From Epithemia pelagica (lineage: Eukaryota > Protista > Bacillariophyta), in assembly GCA_946965045.2 (NCBI GenBank), contig OX337241.1, forward strand, positions 248,001-312,000: a stretch of 64,000 bases of DNA, in the 5' to 3' direction. The notes below the pieces were generated by a model. That model was not told where the DNA came from. It did no database searches and saw nothing but the letters and a program-made list of their open reading frames with translations. Each line of letters begins with the position of its first letter. Positions within the stretch are counted from its first letter, which is position 1. The position numbers and the translations under genes were made by a program. Shown in pieces: positions 54,969-64,000 of the stretch.

Positions 54969-57900
54969 ATGTTTGTCACTCTAGTATTCTCCCTGGTGGT
55001 GGTGGTAGTCCATGGTTGGACGCCTACAATACGAATATCTCCTGGGAGAAGGACTCGAAGGATACAATGGATGTATTCCAGTGCCACTCCACGAGACGTT
55101 CTACCTCCAAACGACAATGACAATGAGGTCTCACCCTCCACTGTCGTCGAGTCCTTTTCCTATGATTCGACTACCAATGCTTTGGATCGATATTATCATG
55201 CCGATATGGAACGCATTTTGAACACCAAACGTACCATGTGGGAGCAACAGTTGCACGACACGAGACGGTCGCAAGACGACGACGACAATGATGATGACGA
55301 CGACAAGTATGCACCCTTTGCTCCTTGGTTTGCTCGACACAAGTCGTCTCGTCGCCGAGCACCAGGCGACGGCAGAAACAGTCACATCCATAACGAGGAT
55401 CGAACCCCACTATTGGACGACCATACCTTGAACGTTTTGGCCTGGATCGGACAATTGAATCGCAAACAACGACCACCTATTGTCACGCATGATTTTGATG
55501 GAGCCCAACGCGTCCATGAAATGTTGTTGGAATGGCAACAACGACAATTGCCAAACGAATGGCATGCGCCACAACAACAACAACAACAGCAACAGCAATG
55601 GTCGAGTGGCATGAAATCCTATGAAATTGTCATGCAAGCCTATTTGCAACGAGGACGATTGCGATGGTTGGAAACCGATCCTCACGATGATGTCTATCCG
55701 ACCACTCCGAGTTTGGACGAGACGATTCAGGTCTTGTTTGATCCAGAGTTTTTGGTGGAAGACGACAAGACAAGAGAAGAAACCACCATGAATCTCCGCA
55801 AAGTGATTTGTGCCGCCGATGTGCTGCAGGATTTGTATCACCAATGGCAATGGAATCATCCATCCCAGTCACGGCAGTATATTCGCAATCGCGAAACCAC
55901 TGGAGTAATTGCAGACTCGGAACCCGGTTCGAATGCTACTACTAGTAGTAGTAGCAGCATGAGTGGTGTCCCGGAACCTTCCATGCCCAACAACGCGGTT
56001 CCCCTATTGTGGAATCCAGTGTCAGCCTGTTGGTTGGCCGGTCAGGCCGTCTGTGCCACTCCGCGAGGAGGCATGGAACGCAATTATGCCGAACGGGCCC
56101 TCGACTTTGTCCATGCCTTGCGAAACCAAACTCTTGCCACCACCAACAAGATGCCGGTGGAAGCCTTGCTCCATGGGATTCATGCGGCTGCCTGGCATCA
56201 AGGCATTTCACATCCAACCACCGATTCCACTCCGTCCATCCCAACCAGTACTACTACTTCCAGTGCGGAGGAGGAGGAGGAACAGACGGTCCATCATCTA
56301 CAACCAGAGGAGGAAGGTGGGGTATTCTCCAAGAAGGAAACGAACGACATGTACCATTGGGCCAGGGAAGCCCATGCCATGTGGAATGAGCTGATTACTC
56401 TGCTTCAACCCAATACAATCGCGAATGAAACAATAACAAGCAGGATGCCAGTCCAAGCAATTCCCTTTTGGGCCTATCGTCCATTAGGACAGGAACATGA
56501 CGAAACGACCACCATCAGTAGTGCCAATCGTCACATGGCGTCTTGTCAGAACACTCTGGAAGTGTGTCTCTTGGCCAGTGCCTTGACCATTCAAGCATGG
56601 AGTAAGAGTGGAAGTCCTGGAAGTGGACCGAGCGCCCATGCTATTTTGGATCGGATGCGAGTCTGGAATACCACCTTGACGAGACTGCAAACCTCGACGG
56701 AATCCAAAGACGGAGCAGCGATGACCAAGGGTGGGTCGCGGTTCTTGGATACCGAGGTGTATTTGGACGTGATTTTGGCCTGGTGCAAAGATGGAAATCC
56801 CACTCAAGCACAACATGTGTTGGACGACATGATTGACCTGTATCATCAAGGTGCCTTTGTCAATTGGCCGGCTGACCTTACAAAGACCGAGGAGAAACCG
56901 GTGCTTCCCACGATTGCGTTTAACAGTGTGATATCCGCATGGGGCAAACAGGGGGCCATGACAAAGGCCATTCAAGTATTGCAAAAGATGCAAAAACTTT
57001 CTCAAACAAGCATCCCCGACCAGCCCCTTGCGGCGGCGCCCAACGTCCTCTCGTACAATCTCATTCTTTCTTCCCTGCTTCATCAGAGTACGAAAGACGG
57101 CAAAAAGAAAAAACAATACCGCAACAAGGAACGACAACAGGACGAGTTGGCCACGAATACCAAATGTGCGCTGAGTCTGGTGGGTTACATGGAAGACCAA
57201 TACGACTTGCAGCCAGCCATTCGCCCCAATGCCTTGACATATTGGACGTTGATTCGAATCTTGTTGGAAACCGTTACACAAACAGCCAATGCTCGTCCCC
57301 GCAAGATGCGACAGGAAGAATACACCGATACGAAAGATTCTTCTTTTATGACAAATCGCAGTTGGTTGCTCATGAAACACGTTCAAAGTGCACTCAAGCA
57401 GTTGATGGTTTCATGGGAAGAAGGAGACCGTTCGGTAGATCCCAGCAATCGTATCTTCAACATGGTGATCAATACCTATGCCAAAAAGGGAGGAAAGGAC
57501 ACGGACGTTGTTTTTGAGTTGTTGGAGCAAATGAAACAATCCAAAATGCTGGGGATTCAACCGGATATCATAACCTTGACATCTGTCTTGGAATATTTGT
57601 CCAAGCATCCTTCGTCTCCACCATCGTCTTCCTCTACGTTGGCGCTGGACATGCTGCAAGAAGCCGTTACCAACTACAAAGAAACACTTCGTCCAGAGTT
57701 GCGACCGAATGTTCGATTCTTTAGCATGGTGATTCTAACCCTGAGCCAAACCGGTGGCTCGGTGCATGATGCTCGTTCCGTACTGACCGATTTATTGGAT
57801 CTTTATGAGGAAACGGGCCATTCCGACTTGGTACCCAATTCCTATCCCTACAATTACGTCTTGAATTGCGCCGCGAATACCTTGGCCACAACGTGGGAAG

Positions 57901-58394
57901 AACGACAACAAGCCTTTTGTGTAGCGGCCCAAACCTACAAGGATATTCGCAATTCACCATTTAATCAAACGGTGCAATCGGACAGTTTTACCTATGGATT
58001 TTGGATGAAATGTTGCAACAACTTGTTGGACCAAGGCAATCCACAACAAGCTGAGTTGCGAGAAAAGTGTCTCCGATTTGCCTTTGACGAATGCAAGGAA
58101 CGTGGATTGGTGACCAAGGAAATCCTGACCCGTTTGTATCAAGGATGTTCCACCGATACGGTTCGTGAGATATTGCAGGAGTCTCTTGAAACAGAATCGA
58201 CCGGATTCTCGTCCCGTCACCTCGGAAGACAAGAAGCGTTTTCGAACACGGTGCTGCCACCCGACATTTCCCACCTCCCTCCATCATGGAGTCGAAATAC
58301 GAGGAAACCATATTCCCAAAGGAAACGCCTTCGTCCTCGACAAACTCGAACCCGACACAACAGCAACAACAAGAGATGGACACAGCATTCGTGA
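54969..58394 (+). CDS. Pentatricopeptide repeat (PPR) protein, probably plastid-targeted (about 1141 aa from ATG 54969)
   Basis: PPR-like repeats (TIAFNSVISAWGKQG, PNVLSYNLILSS, PNALTYWTLI, PSNRIFNMVINTYAK, PDIITLTSVL, PNSYPYNYVLNCAA, DSFTYGFWMKCC). N-terminus MFVTLVFSLVVVVVHG-WTPT looks like a signal peptide with an aromatic +1 residue. Confidence 0.9.
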   Translation: MFVTLVFSLVVVVVHGWTPTIRISPGRRTRRIQWMYSSATPRDVLPPNDNDNEVSPSTVVESFSYDSTTNALDRYYHADMERILNTKRTMWEQQLHDTRRSQDDDDNDDDDDKYAPFAPWFARHKSSRRRAPGDGRNSHIHNEDRTPLLDDHTLNVLAWIGQLNRKQRPPIVTHDFDGAQRVHEMLLEWQQRQLPNEWHAPQQQQQQQQQWSSGMKSYEIVMQAYLQRGRLRWLETDPHDDVYPTTPSLDETIQVLFDPEFLVEDDKTREETTMNLRKVICAADVLQDLYHQWQWNHPSQSRQYIRNRETTGVIADSEPGSNATTSSSSSMSGVPEPSMPNNAVPLLWNPVSACWLAGQAVCATPRGGMERNYAERALDFVHALRNQTLATTNKMPVEALLHGIHAAAWHQGISHPTTDSTPSIPTSTTTSSAEEEEEQTVHHLQPEEEGGVFSKKETNDMYHWAREAHAMWNELITLLQPNTIANETITSRMPVQAIPFWAYRPLGQEHDETTTISSANRHMASCQNTLEVCLLASALTIQAWSKSGSPGSGPSAHAILDRMRVWNTTLTRLQTSTESKDGAAMTKGGSRFLDTEVYLDVILAWCKDGNPTQAQHVLDDMIDLYHQGAFVNWPADLTKTEEKPVLPTIAFNSVISAWGKQGAMTKAIQVLQKMQKLSQTSIPDQPLAAAPNVLSYNLILSSLLHQSTKDGKKKKQYRNKERQQDELATNTKCALSLVGYMEDQYDLQPAIRPNALTYWTLIRILLETVTQTANARPRKMRQEEYTDTKDSSFMTNRSWLLMKHVQSALKQLMVSWEEGDRSVDPSNRIFNMVINTYAKKGGKDTDVVFELLEQMKQSKMLGIQPDIITLTSVLEYLSKHPSSPPSSSSTLALDMLQEAVTNYKETLRPELRPNVRFFSMVILTLSQTGGSVHDARSVLTDLLDLYEETGHSDLVPNSYPYNYVLNCAANTLATTWEERQQAFCVAAQTYKDIRNSPFNQTVQSDSFTYGFWMKCCNNLLDQGNPQQAELREKCLRFAFDECKERGLVTKEILTRLYQGCSTDTVREILQESLETESTGFSSRHLGRQEAFSNTVLPPDISHLPPSWSRNTRKPYSQRKRLRPRQTRTRHNSNNKRWTQHS

Positions 58395-59249
58395 CACGTC
58401 TATTGGTGCACTCAGTCCATAAAAAAGGAACGTTCTCCGTGCCCATCAGCATGAGACCGTTACCCCAACACTAGTCCTGAAATGTATCTCTGATTCTTGC
58501 AGACGTTCGGAGAGAAGACTCTCATGAAAATCTCTTTTCGAGACCAATCAATCGAGACCCCATCATCTCGATGAGTCTCGGTGTTCGTAAAGGTAGAATC
58601 CACACCACAGGGCAGGAAATAGAAGGATCAAATCAAATCATGTATATTTGCTTTTGTTGCAATCTAGATCAGAAGCATGAACCTACACTCCATCCAAGAC
58701 AAAACCAAAACAGACTCGCGTCGTATTGCTTGCATCTCCCGAGCCGTTTTAAACCATTATGCCGGTGTATCAAGTTATCAAAGTGGAAAGCCTGGTTAGG
58801 TGGGGGATTGGACTCACCTATCGCACAAATTCCCAAAAATGCATAATCTCATGCTTATTAGGAATCGTCTGACTCCGTGTCGGACGATCCTGTCCATGTT
58901 CCAGAACCAGGCTTGATGTGTCTTGATGTCTTTGTCTTCGTGACTCAAGCTATCAGAGTACCAGGAACGAGATGCGATTGACTTTTCTGCTACGTACACC
59001 TTTCCATATACTGCCTCTCGCATGATACCGAATGGGTGAGGCCCTAGATTCACTTCAAAACTTCTCAAGAAAGTCAACTCACCACTCGACAAAAGACACG
59101 CGTCACCTTTCACTGCAAAGCCTGTCTCCCACAAAAGATACTCATCAACAACTTGGTTTTGACAAAGTTATCAAAGCCTCGGTCAAAAAATCGAACTTGC
59201 CACTCAAAATCGAACTTGCCTCCACCACTCTACCATAAAAGATCCAACC

Positions 59250-61817
59250 ATGATGGGATCTCCCTATACTTTCCTTTCAAATGCACCAAGCGTGGCTCTG
59301 GTGACACCAGAGTCAGGGATGCGAGGAAGGAAAGGACACTGTGAAAACTGGAGTGACTGGAGTGACTGCGGATGCCAGAAGGCAATATATTACACACACA
59401 GTCCATCCTGTTGTGGACTCCCCATCGAGGAAGGCCATTGTATCCAACGATCACAAGTTTATAACGGGCCCTGGATCCATGTCCTCTGTCCCAATGCGAC
59501 ATCTGATCGAGGGATTGTTACTCTACAAAAAGGGCTTCGTAAAGTCAACCTCGGTTCGTTGCGACAAACACTCAATTTTGATACCGCCCCTCCGTCCGAA
59601 TCACCTCAGAGCGTTCTCCTTATCGATGGGCCAGAAAGGAATCAAAGTACGACTGAAGACGTCTTTTCAAGTCTATTGTTTGAACCATCAAGCATTGAAA
59701 CACAATGTTTCACAGACGAAATCATCAACTATAGGGCACCGAAAGGACAGCTTGTATGTGTCAATGCTTTGGCAGGATGTGGGAAAGCAACCACGATTGC
59801 TGCCTTATGCAATACTATTGTGGAGCGCGATAGAACTGCGCAGGTCTTGTACCTGGTTTTTAACGCAGAGATTCAAGATGAGGCCAAGTCCAGCAATAAG
59901 TTTCCAAAGGACCGAATGGAGATTCGTACCACACATGCCTTTGTCTTGCGGCAGTATTTCACTCCAAAACGAATGCATCTCGTGAATCCGTGTAAATCGC
60001 ATTCGACGGAAAATATAATCATGATATTGGGCCTCGAGGCAGATTCTTGTGTGCAAAAGATTCGAGAATGGATGGACAAGCAGGACACTTTTGAGAAATG
60101 GGAACAAGCCGTTTTCGCGGTTGCTGCCACCATTCGAAAGACACTGGAAGCTTTTGAAGCCTCTACGGAGAAACATGTCATGGAGTTCCATGTACCCTGG
60201 CCGGATCACGATCCAAACTTGAACGCATTAGCATTATCTGAACGAACGGCCTGGATAACACTGATTGAGAGAAGCTAGTACGTAGCATGGGCACAACTCT
60301 ATTTCGATCACGTACGTGAACTGTGCGAATACATAAGAGATTATCCTGTGGAACCTGATAAAACACCGAGAATCATTACGCATGACGGATATCTGAAGGT
60401 AGCACAATTGTCCACGCTCGACATTTCCTTTTCTCATGTGGCCATTGGCGGGGCACAAGATATGACTCCCTGTCAAGCCGACTTATTCTGGGGATCTCAT
60501 CAGCGCAAAGACAAGGTAATTTATCTTTTCGGAGATCAGTATCAGCAAATTTATCGTTTCCGAGGAGTAGGTGACGATTTCCGTACCATGAGTAAGCATG
60601 CTTCAGACGGAACACAAGAAACAAAAATGCAGCGATTTCGCTTGACAGGATCCTTTCGTTTTGGAGAGAACGTTGCTAAGTTTGCTTCCTGCATTGTGGA
60701 GTCAATGGGCTCTGAAGCATTACAAGGACTTGCCTTAGTAGAGGGGAGAGTCTCTCAATCTTCGGACTTTCTGTATGGAGTGGTGATCTGTCGGGGCAAA
60801 AATGGAATGAGCCAATTCCTTCTCCAGCAGAAACCGGAGCGCTGGTGTTTTTTGGATGACGATGCTTTCTGTACTTACTCTCAGATACCGGGTTGGGTGT
60901 GGGACCTTGAAGCATTTGTCTGGTCCCTGAATGATGACGTATTTATGTATCGTGGTGAAACGTTCAATACCTTGGATGATATTCTTCGATACATTGACGA
61001 CGTAGAAGACATAGCCCTTTTGCGACAAGTTTCGTTCCTTCTCATGTTGAAAGATTCTAATACGAAACTGGATGACTTTACGAACGAGATTAGACTTTCT
61101 TATGCTCCAATGAAGGAAGGGGAAACGGTGGATACTTATCAAGGAGCCATACTGACTTCGGTCCATCAAGCCAAGGGGATGGAATTTGACAAAGTTTTGG
61201 TTTGGGATGATTTCCCTTTTGGAATAGTGAGAGATGTGAGCTTTCTCTGTATGCGACGTATTGAAGATGAGGCTAATTTGGTGTATGTGGCCATGACACG
61301 ATGCAAAGTCAACCTCTACTTATCGGATACGACTTTTGACTACCTGAAGGAATTACGACAAGCTCGAGAAAATCGGTTCTGTTTCGGAGATGATACAGAT
61401 GGTATTTCCGCTTTTGAAGCACAATGCAAGTCTTTTGAATCACTGCGCCAAGAATGGGATGTGAAATGGAATGCGTTTGAACAAGACACACCACCTGAAA
61501 GTGAGAATCACGTGACTCTTGGCCACCTATTTGCGATTCGTTCGTTTGCGGACATTCCTTGGCCCGATTTGTTGCATGAAACCAATCCCTATTTTCTGGA
61601 CCCGAAAATGGAGGAAGAGGAACAAAAGTCGCTTTTGCGAAAAATGATGTGGCGTTTCCACCCCGACAAGTTTCTTCCCCGCATGTCATTACGACTGGAG
61701 GCGATCCAATCGACTGACGAATACAATCGCATCGTGTCTCATCTCAATCGCTTGTTTCAGTTGGCTCGTCGAAACTTGCGAATGTTGCAGCTCGGTGATG
61801 GCGAATCGTTTGAATGA
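59250..61817 (+). pseudogene. UvrD/FBH1-like SF1 DNA helicase with C-terminal J-domain-like HPD segment; in-frame TAG at 60276-60278
   Basis: Two ORFs in the same frame. Motifs AGCGKATT (Walker A, altered), LYLVFN, TTHAF, HDGYLK, GGAQD (Walker B DEAQD altered), GDQYQQIYRFRG, LTGSFRFG, SVHQAKGMEFD and NLVYVAMTR; C-terminal RFHPDKF. Confidence 0.85.
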
Positions 61818-63571
61818 GTGTGTCCCTTGTGTAGAATCTTATTTTCCAATTACTAGTCTCTCTCTATCCATCCGACTCTTCCAATTCTTGTAGAAGATTC
61901 ATGACCTAGCAATAGGAAAGAGACTGGTGATACTGGCAGAATTTTGACCCATTGCGTGTTGCACATTTGGTGATGGAGAGCTGGAGGAGCAGAAGTCGTG
62001 CTCTACAGTGGCACGATTATGGAAAAACCAGAGGCGCTATTACCTTTTGCTTCAGATTTCATTTGGTGAATACTTTGCTAGGCAATGAGAAGACGCTCAT
62101 TGTCTAGCACAAGATCTGCATTCACTACCAAGCATGAAATTGACACGAGTATAACAGCACGCGCTTCGTTGCATCGTCTTTTATTTCCATCATTCATTGC
62201 ATTTGTCCGATTTGGTTCCTCACAACTAGGGAAGTCTACGAGTGACCATCAATCATTAATGCTACGGTCTGTGTGGCAACAAGTCACCATCTCATTCAGG
62301 AACGATTTCCCTGGCGGTGTACTGCGTATTTGCAATTTACGTACTCGGTGAATCCTTTTGTGGGACCAGCGACGAAGGAAGGCCGCCACGCTTCCTGAAA
62401 TTTCTGTCTTTTCATGACCCAACGGTGCGACAATAGAGGCAAAGAGTACAAGATCATTCTTTTTCGAGTCCCGTGATCACGTCCAGATGCCAACACGTAC
62501 TTATTTCTCTATACATTTACTCTCTTCAAGATACTCACTATTCCCCGAGATAATACAAAAGAGCGAGGTACATGAAAATCGTGTTCGTCTGAGTTCAGTA
62601 TGAACGGGACGGGTGGGCCGGAAGGCTTGGGGTCTGGGGTGGGAATTTCCAGAAAGACCAGCTGTTCCGAAAACGGACGGACACTAGAGTAAAAAGTACA
62701 ATTGAGCAAACATGGCGGTTGATGAAACGGTTAAATATATACGGCAATGATTTAGCAATGAATATTTTAATGGTCAGTCATGGTATGATTTGGAGGTGCA
62801 CCTCCAACCGCGTAAAATGTGAGTGGGGACTTACCCTTGACGAATCTCTAGTAGTAATGTAAGACGCCCAACCGTTCTGGAATGACTGAAACAAGACTTT
62901 TTGTTTGAAAGCTCGTAGGAACAGGTAGCAAGACGTTAGAGAGAATTGCTGTGTTCGATAACGGGCGTGAATCGCTACAACGGCAGAGTTAAATTCATAT
63001 TATCATCATACAGCAACAAAGAATTATAAATTGACTAGGAAAGCATATATTATGAATTTTGTTTTTCTTCGTTCGTTCTGCTGACCAGGATGCATGTGGT
63101 ATTGATAATAGCATATTGGTATACGATAAAAGCAGAAGCCCTTATATCTCTCGATTGGCACTCATATTGTATTTCAGTACACATATCACAATCGCTCAAT
63201 GGAACATCGCGAAATTGCCTTTTGCGCCTGATCCTGATGGTCCGCAACGTCGACAAGATGACACTCGTAGCAGTGGCTCGTAACAGGTAGAACTGTAGCT
63301 TAAACTGTTGACCTCTATAGATACAATCAATTAGCATCCAAATAGACAACTAGAACATTCATTAGCAACCGAATCAGATTGAGTCGCAGAACTAGTAGCT
63401 ACCGAGTTTAAAAATTTGTTCAAGACCCAAGACATAGAGTTGGTGTGAGCGACTCGGGGATCAGCACATAAAGAAGAAGACAGAATCATTGCTAAGAAGG
63501 CTCAAGCTAAAAATTCAAACCGGGATATTAAATGGTCATGGATCAGTCCTACTTACTACGTGCTCTACCGC

Positions 63572-63820
63572 TTAGCTCTGATTTGCCGATTAGCTCTGAT
63601 CTGCCGTTGAGCTCCGATATGCCGTTTAGCTCCGATATGCCGTTTAGCGCCTTTCTGCCGTTTAGCGCCTTTCTGCCGTTTAACGCCTCCTAGTACAAAA
63701 TCCTACGTGTTTTCTCGTAGCTCCTTCCGTTTAGCGCCTTTCTTCCGCTTAGCTCCGATCTGCCGTTTAGCTCCGATCTACCGTTTAGCTCCGATCTGCC
63801 GTTTAGCTCCAATCTGCCGT
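63572..63820. repeat. 18-bp minisatellite in two arrays (6 and 5 full units plus partials)
   Basis: Consensus TTAGCTCCGATCTGCCGT with variant TTAGCGCCTTTCTGCCGT. Arrays at 63572-63690 and 63731-63820. Confidence 0.95.
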
Positions 63821-64000
63821 TTTGAGTTTTCAGCTTATCCTCATTATTTGGCTAGCTTCATCGTAGCTAATCCTATGTTGTGTGTGTGTCGTTTGTCTCC
63901 ATCTCATTTTTTCATTCTATCAGTGCATTGGTTTGTTGTGTCAAATAGCAGTGCATAGCACACGAAGGGCTGAGGATTGAGGATGCACACCGATCACAAT

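Noticed and set aside
39230-60460. A directed A-to-G mutational or editing process (kinase N to S; helicase T to A, D to G, E to G)
   Set aside because: Only four sites, ancestral codons are inferred, and transitions are the commonest substitutions; not distinguishable from drift.
63572-63820. CRISPR array
   Set aside because: Units are directly adjacent with no unique spacers, the context is eukaryotic and there are no cas genes.

Overview
Nuclear chromosomal DNA of a diatom, probably a pennate. This rests on GT-AG spliceosomal introns with CT(A/T)AC branch points, bipartite ASAFAP-type plastid-targeting presequences, a CoDi-like Ty1/copia element and diatom-type D1 residues. Positions 1-38 kb are mostly ordinary genes: TPR-like, KIX-like, SDR, GT92-like glycosyltransferase, double-SET protein, GTPBP1/2, TPM-RING, a Tyr/Gly/Lys-rich secreted cell-wall-like protein, GDP-mannose 3,5-epimerase and PP2A scaffold A. 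This part also has a complete but mutated PIF/Harbinger transposon and a MITE. Positions 38-56 kb are a rearranged accessory island with Crinkler-like HNH, kinase and REase-kinase genes, two local duplications, two more MITE-like elements and a young copia retrotransposon with apparently identical LTRs. A PPR gene, a dead UvrD/FBH1-like helicase and an 18-bp minisatellite follow. The standout is a full-length, nucleus-encoded photosystem II D1 gene (psbA, minus strand, 23404-24731). It has acquired a signal peptide plus transit peptide, a 74-nt spliceosomal intron and nuclear codon usage. It keeps every canonical Mn-cluster, TyrZ, chlorophyll and QB ligand, and shows hydrophobic-to-polar substitutions in its first three transmembrane helices. 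This suggests functional plastid-to-nucleus transfer of a gene normally considered plastid-confined. All family assignments are by motif recognition from memory; no database search was run.
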